Positions 24,866 to 39,510 of a stretch of DNA of 64,000 nucleotides are shown here, piece after piece (within the stretch, counting starts at the first letter, position 1; each line of letters starts with the position of its first letter). The notes beneath the pieces were generated by a model. That model did not search any database and was not told where the DNA came from. It saw nothing but the letters and a program-made list of their open reading frames with translations. The stretch is taken from NCBI GenBank assembly GCA_951406725.2, contig OX597821.1, forward strand, positions 22,382,001 through 22,446,000, in the 5' to 3' direction. Source of the DNA: Octopus vulgaris. Taxonomy: Eukaryota. The position numbers and the translations under genes were made by a program.

Positions 24866-25601
24866 CAATGATCCCTCGCTACTTCGCGGTTCAACAATCG
24901 CGGATTCACAACTTCGCGGATTTTTAAAATATATATATATTTTTTTTTTTTTTTTGTACTTGTTTCAGTCATTTGACTGCGGCCATGCTGGAGCACCGCC
25001 TTTTAGAGTGGTGAAAGAGTACAGCAGGGATCACCACCTCCTGCCGGAGCCTCGTGGAGCTTTTAGGTGTTTTCGCTCAATAAACACACACAACGCCCGG
25101 TCTGGGAATCATAACTTCGCGGATTTTTTAAATCCGCTGCCCTAACCACTAGGCCATATTGCGCCTCCACATATATATATGAACGCCTAAAATGTTTCAT
25201 TAAATCCATTAAAATATTAATGATAGATATTATTTCCTAGTCTAGGAACAACAAAACAAGCGTAAAATAGCAAAAAAGTATATACAAGGGTATTTGAACT
25301 TAAGACGGGCTGTGATTGGTGCAATGGAGAGAGACGACGAATCACAGCTTTCTATTTTGTAATCTGGCCTGTGTAACAGTAACAATCTATTTTTTTTTAA
25401 ATCTAAAGTGTTATTACTTAACAGTTGTCCTTGTTATTAATAGACTACTGTAATGGATGGGTTGTTAACAGTACAGGGAGGGTTTTAAAAGTCCAAATAC
25501 ACGTTAAAAAATACTGTAAATATGGTGTCCCTACTTCGCGGATATTCAGTTATCGCGACCGATCTCGGAACCAATCTACCGCGATAAACGAGGGATCACT
25601 G
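24866..25601. mobile_element. Tigger/pogo-type non-autonomous DNA transposon with nested SINE
   Basis: TA|caatgatccctcg ... cgagggatcactg|TA termini, subterminal cttcgcgg repeats. Confidence 0.8.
24957..25170 (-). mobile_element. Chimeric SINE: family B head plus family A tail
   Basis: Head matches 38608-38775, tail matches family A; atatatatat on both flanks. Confidence 0.8.
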
Positions 25602-25639
25602 TAGTGTCGGTCTGGAAGTCATTGTCCCGATATCGACAT

Positions 25640-25833
25640 CAAGTCGAAAACGAACCATTTCCTTGTCCGGAACCAGATCGATCCCAAAATCGAATCAGTT
25701 CGTGCCAGTTACGAGGTGAAACATCCCTGAAAGTTTCATCCGAATCTATCCAGCGGTTCTTGAGATATCTTATCCTCAGACAAACAAATACGACTAAAAA
25801 CAATGCCTCCGCCTTCGAAAGCGGGGGTAATAA
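25640..25833. mobile_element. Helentron-associated (HINE/DINE-1-like) fragment
   Basis: aagtttcatccgaatc..cggttcttgagatatc..acaaacaaa..aaaacaat..cctccgcc ttcgaaa gcgggggtaataa terminal hairpin. Confidence 0.55.
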
Positions 25834-26110
25834 AAGACACTGAGATATTGCTTTTGTAGTTTTGTTTCAAACAGATCGGACGATCACACAGAAGCTCCCT
25901 TACTGACAAGTACACGCAGACCAAGATGCAAAAATGGCGGTGATGTGTGACGTAGTTTTGGCTCTAAGTGTAATCAGTTGATGAGTTACTGTTTACAGGT
26001 GTAACAAGATAACAGCGGGTAAAGTAATGAAGATATGAAGAGCATACACACATACACACAGATCTGGCTGTCTGTACGTCTGTGTTTGACTGTTCTATTT
26101 GTTTATGTAG

Positions 26111-26160
<50 letters not shown>

Positions 26161-26181
26161 GTCTATCTGTCTTTCTGTCAG

Positions 26182-26229
<48 letters not shown>

Positions 26230-26282
26230 CCTTACTACCTATCTATTGTCTGTTTATCTATCTACCTGTCTATCACTCTCTG

Positions 26283-26334
<52 letters not shown>

Positions 26335-26772
26335 TCACCCTCCAGAGCAGTCTAGCCAATACCTGTGGATGAGCTTTGTTTAGCATTACTATAAGGTTTT
26401 ACCCAAATTTTATCCAACTATATATACGTGTGTGTGTATAAGTCTACGTACACACTGATAAAACACAGATGTCTATTGTAATACTTCTCACATAGTCCAG
26501 TTTATATCCCACCATCTCTTCTTTTTCGTCTCTCCCTTCTGACTCTTCTTATCTGTTATATGTCCAGAAATAGTGATAATGGATGTTACACTAACAACTT
26601 TTTATCTAACGCTTTCATAGTTGATCGATGTAGAATTGGGAGATCATTTTCTCTTACGTCCCTTGACTTCTCTTTTTTTTCCTCTCTCTCTCTCTTTCTC
26701 TCTTTCCCATCGTCTTTCCACTTCTGGCTTCCTTCTTCTATTCCCCCTTTTCCCTTCTTGTCGTTCTTCTTA

Positions 26773-26983
26773 CTCACCTTTATATATTTTCTCACTCAAT
26801 ATATTCATTGACTCACAAAACCCAACCATTTCACAAAGAGAGAGAGAGACAGAGACAGACAGAGACAGAGACAGAGGGGGGAGATAGTCAGGAAGAAGGA
26901 CAGAGAGTGAGGGTAAGAGAGCAAGGAAGAGTAAAAATACTTAAGTAGGTACGGAAGCTTCCCTTAACGACATAGCTACTTAC
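26773..26983 (-). repeat. Inverted partner of 22117-22324
   Basis: Direct sequence comparison. Confidence 0.9.
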
Positions 26984-27769
26984 TTCTTCTTCTTCTTCTT
27001 CATCATCATCATCACCATCATCTCTCCTTTTTCTTTTCTCTTCTCCTCCACCAATTCACACATACGCATGCGCGACGTGCGTGTGCACTCAAACTTAGAA
27101 ACTAGAAATCTAATACATCTTAGCATAATTAATATTCAGCGAACATAATTAATTAACCACAACCAGTGTTGTATATTTACCTATACCTTTGGCAGGCTGT
27201 AACCGAAGGACCCCAGAATCTAGTAGGGGCCTCCAGGAAAGTGCTTAATAGTTTTGACATTGTTATAGGCTCCATGAGAGTAACCTCCCTGCTTCTAGAC
27301 ATCCGGCACTAAATACAACACAACCACCGCAAATTATTTTTATTGCTGCCGCTGCTGCTACTACTACTATCACCTCCACCATCATGGTAACATCCAACAC
27401 CACAAGCTAGCAGCTGTTACTGCTCCGTTCCTTAAATGTATTGACACTGAAATTTTTTGCTGGGGGGGGGGGGGGAAGAAATCTCGAAGCTCATAAAGCT
27501 GTAAATAATAGTATGTAAATTTGGGGTTGAAAGATCTGGATAGGCAAAGTCGAAAGTTACCTTTGGAGCGTTTTGATTGTAGAGATTATGCAAACTCCAT
27601 ATAGGTATTTCTGAAGGTGTGCAGTCTTAGAAAAGAGCACCTTTGAAAACTCTATTCTTTGTTATACATTTGTCTTCTATTCTGAAAAGATGTTTCTTAT
27701 GTATATTTGTATGTCAAGAAATAAACAAACTTAACTTTGGAACGACATCAGAGTCATAATCTATTCTTT

Positions 27770-27987
27770 CTTTTGCTATTTTACTTGTTTCAGTCATTTT
27801 GACTGTTGACTGTTGCCCCAGGACTTATTTTAAAAACCTAGTATTCATTCTATCAGGGGTTTTTTCTGTTTTGCCGAACCGCCAAATTACGGGGACGTAA
27901 ACACACGAACACAAATTGTGAAGCAGTGATGGGGTGGGGAACAAATACAGACACAAAGACACACACATACAAACGCACAAACATATA

Positions 27988-28032
<45 letters not shown>

Positions 28033-28430
28033 TTTTACTCTTTTACTTGTTTCAGTCATTTGACTGTGGCCATGCTGGAGCACCGCCTTTTGTCGAGTAA
28101 ATCGACCCCAGGACTTATTCTTTGTAAGCCTAGTACATATTCTATCGGTATCTTTTTGCCGAACCGCAAAGTTACGGGGACGTAAACACACCAGCATCGG
28201 TTGTCAAGCGATGTTGGGGGGGACAAACACACACACACACATATATATATATATAGATATACATATATACGACGAGCTTCTTTCAATTTCTGTCTACCAA
28301 ATCCACTCACAAGGCTTTGGTCGGCCCAAGGCTATAGTAGAATACACTTGCCCAAGGTACCACGCAGTGGGACTGAACTCAGAACCATGTAATTAGTAAG
28401 CAAGCTTCTTACCACACAGCCACCCTACGG
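27770..28430 (-). mobile_element. Two SINE family A copies (degenerate 3' half plus full copy 28033-28430)
   Basis: Family A motifs in reverse complement. Confidence 0.85.
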
Positions 28431-28902
28431 CTATTTATAGTATTTTTCAACTATGGTATGACTACGTTAATAAAACTTTAGTAAATATTAATACGCTTGT
28501 ACTACATCCTTATTTTCATAAAAGATAAAAGTGCGTTGGAAGACTGCATTTAAACCCACAGCTGACCAAACTTAAGAGTAAATTGTAATAGAGATTCTAT
28601 GAGTAATATAGGCGTAGGAACGATTGTGTAAACTATAGGTTGACCAAAGCCTGTAAATGAAATTTGGTGGATAGAAAGTGTGCAGAAATCCATCGAGTGT
28701 GTGTGTGTGTGTGTGTTTGTATGCTTATATATGTGTATGCGTATACGTGTATAAATATATGTGCGTATATATTTACATATGTGAATTTATGTATGTGTAT
28801 AAATGTGTGTATACGTGTTCATATATGACTATATGTATGTTTGTATCAAACAAATATAATAATAATAATAATAATAATGATGATGATGATAATAATAATA
28901 AT

Positions 28903-28953
<51 letters not shown>

Positions 28954-28954
28954 T

Positions 28955-29539
28955 ATGCCCTGATGCAGTATCATGTCCTGATGCAGTACCAGGCAGTGGC
29001 TCTCATGGCTTCTGATCTTAACTGATTGGAAGTGTTATCATGTACATGTTTTGTCTTGGTATAAAAGATGGGCTACAGCAAATATTCTGCTCAATACCAC
29101 AGATTTGCTTTTCAGTTGTTTGACCTTAACCAGTTGACCATGTTTCTTAGTGACTGACGATATGTGCATCTCTGATCATGAGCAGAAGTAGTGGGGGAGC
29201 ATCATAGCCATGTGTTGAAAAGAATTCTTAGAGGTTTGGATAATTCACCTTTGGAATCATGGGTGGTTCGTTCAACATCCTTAAACAATCCTTATTCAGG
29301 GACCTTTTGAGCCGGATGGGCTACTCAACCAGAAGAAAATTCTAACTGGGCCCCATCTGCAAGGTCATGAGCTGTTTATCTTGATATGAGATCACCATGT
29401 CGCGCACATATGATTGTGATGCATGTGTTTGGTGTACCCTTATCACATGAGTAGTCATGATGGGTATACTGGGCTTTGTATATTTTACCCCAGTGCCACT
29501 TTGATGGCATGCACTGCTCTCTCACTCAATAATAATAAT
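28955..29539 (+). mobile_element. Retroelement 3' region inserted in (AAT)n, probably Dong/R4-like
   Basis: Bounded on both sides by (AAT)n, ends ctctctcactc-aataataat. Dong elements are known TAA-repeat targeters. No ORF seen, so the clade is inferred. Confidence 0.5.
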
Positions 29540-30269
29540 CCTTTCTACTATAGGCACAAGGCCTGGATTTTGTGGGGAGGGTGACAGTCGATGACATCAA
29601 CCCCAGCACTCAACTGGCACTTATTTTATCGAGCCCGAAAGGATACGGCCGTCACCATCACCAATATATACACATAGGAGATCGCAAAGATGTTCTTCGG
29701 AGGTTTAGTTGTGCAGGATTGAACCTGGGGGTTAAACTATAAACAGACTTTTACTACCATGCCACCACATCGAGAACAATATCACCGCCACCGTTACTAC
29801 TACCACCACCAATGCTGTCACAACAACTACTACTGCGCACTTGCTCAGGAACAAAAACTGCTTAGGGGGTGCGCACCCAGGTCCAACATTTTTACATGTA
29901 TTTTTTTATATATGTTCTTTGTTCGAGAAGAAACGTTATTCAAAGTCCTTTTTGCAGATAACATTTTTTGCACTATTTTCTAAACCTAAGAAAAGTAAGA
30001 AGGGTTGCAAATTTTGATATTTCACCCCACAAAAATTTTAGAGGGATATGCTTGCACCACCTGCAGTCCCTGTTCTCGGGTCCATGCTACTGCATCACAG
30101 TGAATTCATGTTAGGCTACCTATAGCATCAAAACACCTGTAAAGACATAGCTGTCAGTGTATCTTTTGGTTGGACGATGTTGTTTATAAACATGTCCAAA
30201 ATTCATTCATGTACGTTATATGTACGAACTGCTGGATGGACAGACAGGTAGATAGGTAGATAGATAGAC

Positions 30270-30322
<53 letters not shown>

Positions 30323-30385
30323 TGCGTGAAAGTGTAGTGTTACAGTAATGGGGGCAGGGAGACCATAAGATCAAATGAGTACTCT

Positions 30386-30421
<36 letters not shown>

Positions 30422-30422
<1 letters not shown>

Positions 30423-30831
30423 TTTATACTCTTTTACTTGTTTCAGTCATTTGACTGCGGCCATGCTGGAGCACCGCCTTTAGTCGAGCAAATCGACCTC
30501 AGGACTTATTCTTTGTAAGCCCAGTACTTATTCTTTGTAAGCCCAGTACTTATTCTATCGGTCTCCTTTGCCGAAACGCTAAGTTACGGGGACGTAAACA
30601 CACCACCATCGGTTGTCAAGCAATGCTAGGGGGACAAACACAGACACACAAACACATACACACACACACATACATATATATACATATATACGACAGGCTT
30701 CTTTCAGTTTCCGTCTACCAAATCCACTCACAAGGCATTGGTCGGCCCGGGGCTATAGCAGATGACACTTGCCCAAGAACCCGGAACCATGTGTTGGTTA
30801 GCAAGCTACTTACCACACAGCCACTCCTGCG

Positions 30832-30906
<75 letters not shown>

Positions 30907-31100
30907 TGTTCCAACCATTAGACTGCAGTCGTGGTGGGGCATCTCCCTGAAGGATGTTTTAGTTGAATGAATCGCCTCCAGGCCTTTTCTTTCTAAGCCT
31001 GCTACTTATTCTATCGGTGGATTTTGCCGAGCCGCTATGTTAAGGGGGACGTAAATATACCAACACCGGTTGTCAAGTGGTGATAGGGGACACACACACA
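30422..31100 (-). mobile_element. SINE family A (30422-30833, 22-bp tandem duplication) plus degenerate 3' half (30905-31100)
   Basis: Family A motifs; ttattctttgtaagcccagtac twice. Confidence 0.85.
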
Positions 31101-32136
31101 CACACAGGCGAACAGAAAGTATCAAGTGATCCTTCTGTTTAACGTTAAATTGTTTTTATATATAAGTTGACATAAAAACAGGCTAATATAAATAAATAAA
31201 GGGTAGAGAAAATGTGTGTGTGTGTGAGTGAATATCATTACACACACGCATAGTAAACATGTAGACTGACTTGTTTGACTGATTCGCTAAAACGTGTTAT
31301 AAATATCCTTGTCCTGTCAACTTCTCCACCAAACTCCCACCCGTTTCTCATACTCTTTTTTTTCTTCTTTCTTTTTCTGTTGGCCAGCCCCTCCTTAAGA
31401 GAAGACATTTACGCGATCTTTGTTAGTGAATTCGATTGTTCATTTCTAATTGGACATAATTCCACGAAATCCCTGTTTACTCAACACTCCAACGAGAAAA
31501 ACAAAAACAAAAACAAAATTATAAGTAAACAGAGGAACAAGAAAGTAATGTATGCTTCTCAGACGTATATACACACATAATTTCCTCAGTTTATACATCG
31601 ACACAATTAAGCATTAACTGAAGGACTATTCAGTACATTTAAGCGCAATATCACAGTCACATTTTTTTACAAGGAAAACATTGGCTATAACTTCGAAGTT
31701 TCTACTACAGCTGTCTCATATATATATTATATTATACTATACTGTATATCCGTGTACTTTTTGGGAGGCTTTATAATAACACTTTAAAAACACACAGTAT
31801 GTGTCGCAGGAACAAATCTAAGGTAAGTGTTTAAATACGTTTTTTTTTTATCATTATATTAAATACTTATAATATTACATTATTCACGGTTTTGTCCGTC
31901 CGAATATGTTTAAATCTAAACAATTTAAGAATTTTAAAATACATTTATGATGGAAAATGTATAAACTGACTGCCAGATTTGTGTTTTTATTGGGCTTTAT
32001 GAATGGAAAACCAAAAAAAAATACCTTGACATATTTAGCTGTGCGCGGTTTTTCCCAGGTAGGCTGTTATATTGTTATGTAGGAACAAAGGTAAGGATAC
32101 CCCAAATCTCAATAACAATAGGTAACGCTAGAGTAC

Positions 32137-32203
<67 letters not shown>

Positions 32204-32353
32204 GTGTGTATTTGTATATAACGTAATTCACCCACAGTAACTAACCTCATAATATAAAGAGATTAGGCTTAAATAGGGGTGAATGACGTCGACTCCTCAT
32301 ATCAACACTCTGGAGACCAATACCGTCGGATCCATACACACTCATGTATACAG

Positions 32354-32433
<80 letters not shown>

Positions 32434-32434
32434 C

Positions 32435-32479
<45 letters not shown>

Positions 32480-32502
32480 TAACATACATACACGCGCGCA
32501 CG

Positions 32503-32544
<42 letters not shown>

Positions 32545-32708
32545 GGCACACGAGTGGGCTATATTGTAAGATGCTTACTTCCAAACCACATAGTTCCGGG
32601 TTCAGTCCCACTGCGTGGCACCTTGGGCAAGTGTCTTCTACTATAATCTCGGGCCGGCCAAATCCTCGTGAGTGGATTTGGTAGACGGAAACTGAAAGAA
32701 GCCCGTCG

Positions 32709-32752
<44 letters not shown>

Positions 32753-32950
32753 TCCACCACCCTCATCGCTTGACAACCGATGTTGGTATGTCTACGTCCC
32801 CGTGAACTAGCGGTTCAACCAAATAGACAGGTAGAGTAAGTTTTAGGCTTACAAAGAATAAATAAATCCTGCGGTCGATTTGTTCCTCTAAAGGCGGCGC
32901 TTCCAGCATGGCCGCACTCAAATGACTGAAACAAGTAAAAGAATAAGTAA
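32545..32950 (+). mobile_element. SINE family A
   Basis: Head, CORE-like segment and tail. Confidence 0.85.
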
Positions 32951-33296
32951 ATATATATATATAGGAATAACCACATGTGTGCTCCCCATCAACTCTGTTT
33001 CCCCAAAACTTTCGGAACATGAATGTTTGGGATTTTTTTTTATGAGGACAATAAGTTGGGGATGGCGCGCGCACGCGTTTCATGATGTCATTTAACACAC
33101 GGCATATTACCGTAGGAATTCCGCTTCGATATGATGTCAAAACAGCGTTAAACACCCACATTCTGATATTGCACACTTTAGAAGTTTATAAAGCTGAATA
33201 TATTTAGATTTAAGCTACATAAACATTGGAAAAGAGAAGGGTTTTATAAAGCTGAAGTAATCATAACAGCTTATTTTGTAGGCCATTTCTGTGATC

Positions 33297-33607
<311 letters not shown>

Positions 33608-33614
33608 ATCGACA

Positions 33615-33900
33615 GGGCTACCAAAGCCTTGTGAGTGGATTTGGTAGACAGGAACTAAAAGAAGCCCGTTGTGCGTGTGTGTGTGCGCGCATTCGTTTGT
33701 CCCCCCACCATCGCTTGACAACCGGTGTTGGTGTGTTTCCGTCCTTGTAACTTACCGGTTCGTCCCAAGAGACTGACAGAGTAAGTACTAGGCTTTAAAA
33801 TAATTACTGGGAGTCGATTCATCCGACAAAAAACAAAAATTCTTCAAGGCGATGCTCCAGCATGGCCGCAGTCTAATGACAGGAAACAGGATAAAAGATA
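33615..33900 (+). mobile_element. SINE family A, 5'-truncated
   Basis: gccttgtgagtggatttggtagac...gctccagcatggccgcag. Confidence 0.8.
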
Positions 33901-34012
33901 TGCGTGTCTGTGCGTATACATATATAAATCCCCTAAACGGAACAAGAACGCAACAGACGACAATAAAAACATGCGGACTACCAGGACGGAACATTCGTGG
34001 CTTTCTATTCAT

Positions 34013-34452
<440 letters not shown>

Positions 34453-34463
34453 TAAATAAATAA

Positions 34464-34548
<85 letters not shown>

Positions 34549-34909
34549 TTCAGAACAACGCTTCCGTCTTTCTTGTTACTTGTTAACCAAGTTCAAGTTC
34601 TCTTCGAAAGTAAACAACTGTTTGTTTATAACGATTCACTATATTTACATTAAACATTCTCACACACACAAACACGAATCACTTCTAGGATTCCTCATTG
34701 CTTTCTTCTTTCTTTTTTTGCTTTATTTTGAGATGTATTATTTTACCTTGAAACTCATTTCGTCTAGAAATCTTTTTAAGATATCAAAGTAGAGGTATTG
34801 AGCGTGCGTCGATTTATATAAATTGTTGATTTAGTAATATCGGCCATCTTTCGACAACCATACGCGAAAAATGAATCTATTTCTTCGGCAATTGTCGTAA
34901 TATATTATT

Positions 34910-35222
34910 ATCTTTCACTTGTTTCAGTCGTTGGACTGCGACCATGTTGGGACACTGCCGTGAAGGAGTTTAGTCGAACAAATTAATCTTAGTACAAGTT
35001 TCTGAAGCTCGGTACTCGTTCTATCGGCTTTTTTGCCGAACCGCTAAGCTATGAATACGTAAACAAACCAGCAGCGGTTGTCAAGAGGTAGTAGGAGGGG
35101 GACACACACAGATACATGCGACGGGGCTATTAGTAGAAACACTTGCCCAAGGTGCCACACAGTGGGACTGAACCTGAACCATATGGTTTGTAAGCAAGCT
35201 TCCTCACCACACAGCCATGCCA
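34910..35222 (-). mobile_element. Degenerate SINE family A
   Basis: acttgtttcagtc...acttgcccaaggtgccacacagtgggactgaacc. Confidence 0.75.
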
Positions 35223-35789
35223 GCAGAGAATTAAAAAATCATTCATTTTTATTAAGTATTTGTGTACTGTTTCTTTCTACATTTAATATGCAAACCTCAT
35301 CGATTTTTCAAATTCTCAATCGTTTTTAAGAAATATTTTTGAACTGATTTTCTTGAAAAAAAAAGAAGAAAAGAAAAATATATTTAATAGACAAAATTTA
35401 TCGATTCTTTTTCGACCTGCTAATTATTGATTTAGGTAGCATTTTTAAAATATATTTTCGAAATAATCATTCGAATGTTTCCAAAGTGAAAGTTTTCGAA
35501 AGCTAAACTTAAGGTTCACTCAATTACTCTAAGATAAAAGGCAGAAAACTTCGCAGACGTGTTAGAACGCTGGGGAAAAAATATCTTTCGACATTTTTCT
35601 GGCTGTTTTCAGTCTGATACAAATCCACCTGAGATTAACTTTTCTTTTTATTCTTTCGGTGTTGATGAACTAAAAAGTACCAATCAAGTACTGTGATCGG
35701 GGGTATCGACTAATCCACCCACCAGAAATAGCCAGCCTTCTGCTTAAATCAGAAACTATTATAAAACTGTAAGACAGGTGCAACTTTTT

Positions 35790-37392
35790 TCATGGCTCAT
35801 CAGGAGGCGGGTCGGAGTACTAAAAAACTTTCAAGGTAATTTTTCGTTGGGTGTGCCATTCAGAAAATTTCGCAGACCGCTGTTTAGCTACGACTGCTTT
35901 AAAATGGACGAAGGTGCAACCGAGTTTACAAACAAGACGAAACGCTATTCGTATTTATAGTAGTTTCCAAGTACTTTATGCGCCCCTTAAGATTTTAGCG
36001 AATATTGCTGATCACATCTTAAATAATCAACGATATTTCGTCAAACTCTGAGGATTAGCAATGAAAGAATAACTTTAGCACTACAAGAGTTTAGGACCCA
36101 ATCTGTTATGCCTTCGCTTATGCCTTCGTTAAGGTCATTACCACAAAATTGACTTCTTTTTATATTTTCACTGCTTTTATTATGAAAAAGATTTTGGAGG
36201 AAAAACGCAACATTTACTTTACAACATTATTTTAAATATTCCTTTTATTTATTTATTTTTGTATTTCTCCACTTTTATTTTCAGTGATTAAACTATATTT
36301 TAAATCAGCTTTAAAAAAATATTCGTTCAACGTTTTGAAGGTTCTTGTGGGATAAATTTTATTATCTTCGTTATTTAATCAGAGAAAGTAAGGCGACGAC
36401 CATAACACCTTGCGAGGCCATGACATTTCCTTGAATAGTGGGAGAGATGGGCGGAAGAGAAAGCATGCCTCGTAGCTTTCCTTGAGATTGAAAACCTGAC
36501 CAGAGAGGGCGCCACTGAAGTTATTCAAAGCCCGGGGGGGGGGGTGTAATACCGGATATCGGATAATGTTTGCCTTCAAGAACAAGTGCAGCACTTTTCT
36601 AACAGGATTTGGTACAATTTTTGTGTATCAAATTTAATTCTCAAGGCTTTGGTTAACTCCTAGGTTATGGTAGTATACGTGGGCGAAAGTAAAGAATACA
36701 TACATCCGGGATTTAGGGTTAGGCGCCGAAAACGGGTGGTGATGTATTCTTTATCTCCGCCAACACCTGTGCTCAAGGTGCCGCGCATTGAACTCGATCT
36801 CTGAAATACGTTGTTATGAAGCAAACTCGTTAACCGTACAACCATGTTGTGTTTACCTAGGGGGAAAAAAAGCAAATTCATCGATTTCCTATATTGTTAA
36901 TTCTTGATTTATTTACCTCGCAGAGTTTCGAAAACAAGCACCACCATTATTTATTTATTTATTTTCTTGTTTACAAAAAATTCATTAGATTTCTATACTT
37001 TAATTACTGGAGATTACAATTCTAGGGAAAAAAAGACACACAAATATCCTTTAACCTCTTTCTCCTCGTTTTGGAGTTCGAAACCGTTGGTAACTTTTTC
37101 ACTTTTGACAATTTTTTTTCCGAAAAAAATTTTTTTTTTTTTCTAATCACATGGCTTAATCACAGATCACGAATTTGGGTCAAAGTTGGGAATGTAACTT
37201 TCATAAATTCAATTTTGCGTGACGAGTAGAGAGTTTTTTGTTGTTGTTTTTAGTAAAATACCGCCATTGATCTTCTAAAACAGTCATAGGCAAACTGTAG
37301 CCCAAAAGATTTTCTGAATGGCTCGTCAATGAAAAATTACCTTGAACTTTTTCTTCTTTTGGTAGTGCGGCTCGCTTGCTGATGAGCAATGT
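35790..37392. repeat. Diverged inverted repeats (35790-35915 / 37261-37392), possible old TIR element
   Basis: gctcatcag..ttcaaggtaatttttc..gccattcagaaaat shared in opposite orientation. Confidence 0.55.
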
Positions 37393-37911
37393 TACATGCG
37401 GCTCGCTTCTCAAAAATGGTTGTTCATGCTTGTTCTAAAAAAGGTTATGACAACCTCAAGACTTTTTTCTTTTTTGTTCTGTATCCGAGGTGGGATGAAA
37501 GGCAAAGCAGACTATGGCTGGGTTTGAACTTAAAATGTAAAGACCTCTAACTAAACACCGCAAAGCATTATATTCTACCCCTCTAATGGCTCTTAATTAA
37601 TTGTTAGTTACACTGTGAGTAAAACATGTAATTTTTTTTTTATAAATAACATAGACATATGTACGTAAGTTGCACACATTCTTTGCATTCTATGTAAATA
37701 TATAATTTGGTTATTCACGGTTTCAGACTGTCTGTAGTGTAAAAAAATTAGTGTTTTCTACCGTTTTAACTATATGTATACAACTTAACTAGCTGTTGTC
37801 GATAAAAGAAATTCTCTTCAGTCATACCATCGAGCTAGTTGATTTATTTCCCTTGGTTCATTTCATTATTCATTATCTAAATTTAATTCATGCACATGTT
37901 GTCTACTGATC

Positions 37912-38200
37912 TCCGTAGGCGCAGTTAACGTGTACTTATCTTAGGAGACGCAGTGTGGCCGAATAGTTTAATGAGCATGTGTACGCGCAGTAAACATATA
38001 TGCCTCCCTTAGTCGGCACAGTTTGGCCGAATGGTACAGTAAACATAGATACTGCCTTTAGTGGATGCAGTGAATGTGTGCTTCCTTTAACACAATGTGG
38101 CTAGATAGTTTAGTGAACATGTGTGGCACATTGAACATGTTTACTGTCCTTAATCAACACGTATACTTCCCTCAGTAGACGCAGTGTGACCGAGTGATTT
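37912..38200 (+). repeat. Degenerate minisatellite built from SINE/tRNA 5' ends
   Basis: Recurrent (a)ggcgcagtgtggccgaat(a/g)gtt and cagtaaacat units. Confidence 0.5.
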
Positions 38201-38607
38201 ACAAATTTGTATCGTAATACACGCGCACACTCACGACGGGCTTCTTTTAGTTTCAGTCTACCAAATGCACTCAAAAGGTTTTGGTTGACATGAGGCTATG
38301 GCAGAAGACACTAGATTAAGGTGCCACCAAATGGGATTGAGCCTGAATCACGTGGTTGGGAGGCAAACGTCTTGCAACCCAGCTGCGTCTGCGCATACCT
38401 ACCTACCAGATGTACAAATAAGGCAAATTTATCTATTTCTCCGTAGATTGACAAAATTGCTGAATAGCCTCAGTCGATTTTCGAACCTTATTGGATATAT
38501 CAGAGGTGTCTACACCAATTTGACTAATCCCAGAGATACAAGCAGCCGATCTGTTTGAGGTAGGACAGCGTCCATGAGAGTGGCAGCGAGATGAAATGCT
38601 GATGTAT

Positions 38608-38990
38608 GTGGAGGCGCAATGGCCTAGTGGTTAGGGCAGCGGACTCGCGGTCGTAGGATCGCGGTTTCGATTCCCAGACCGGGCGTTGTGAGTGTTTATT
38701 GAGCGAAAACACCTAAAGCTCCACGAGGCTCCGGCAGGGATGGTGGTGATCCCTGCTGTACTCTTTCACCACAACTTTCTCTCACTCTTACTTCCTGTTT
38801 CTGTTGTACCTGTATTTCAAAGAGCCGGCCTTGTCACTCTCTGTGTCACGCTGAACATCCCCGAGAACTACGTTATGGGTACACGTGTCTGTGGAGTGCT
38901 CAGCCACTTACACGTTAATTTCACGAGCAGGCTGTTCCGTTGATCGGATCAACCGGAACCCTCGTCGTCGTAAACGACGGAGTGCTTCCA
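38608..38990 (+). mobile_element. SINE family B, full length
   Basis: tRNA-like head ggaggcgcaatggcctagtggttagggcagcgg..ggtttcgattcc; same head at 43477, 56730 (-) and 25170 (-). Confidence 0.85.
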
Positions 38991-39301
38991 TGCTGGTGTA
39001 TGAGACGCGCTCTTTACATTTATTCTTAAATATGATTGTTAAAATGCCATGCGTCTAATGTGACTGTCATACAGATGGGATACCGAGAGTATATCAATGA
39101 AACATTAAATTTCTCTCTAATTTATTCACAAAAAAATTAGGTTTGTTCTTATGCGAGATTGTGTCTTATACACCAACAAATACGATAGCTTTGAATGCAT
39201 GCTGCAGAGTTGGCTCTGATAAAGACACTCAAGGACCGTGTGGTTGCATCGAACCGGGCGTCGGATTATATTTTAGTGTTGCCTTTTGTATATAATAAAC
39301 A

Positions 39302-39457
39302 TTGGCTTTGTGGAAAGTAGCTTGCTTACCAACCACATGGTTCCGGGTTCAGTCCCACTGCGTGGCATCTTGGGCAAGTGTCTTCTGCTATAGCCTCGGG
39401 CCGACCAATGCCTTGTGAGTGGATTTGGTAGACGGAAACTGAAGGAAGCCTGTCGTA

Positions 39458-39510
<53 letters not shown>

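Noticed and set aside
38608-38682. tRNA-like sequences (also at 16581, 43477, 55463, 59858)
   Set aside because: No proper acceptor stem or terminator; they continue into SINE bodies, so they are SINE heads.
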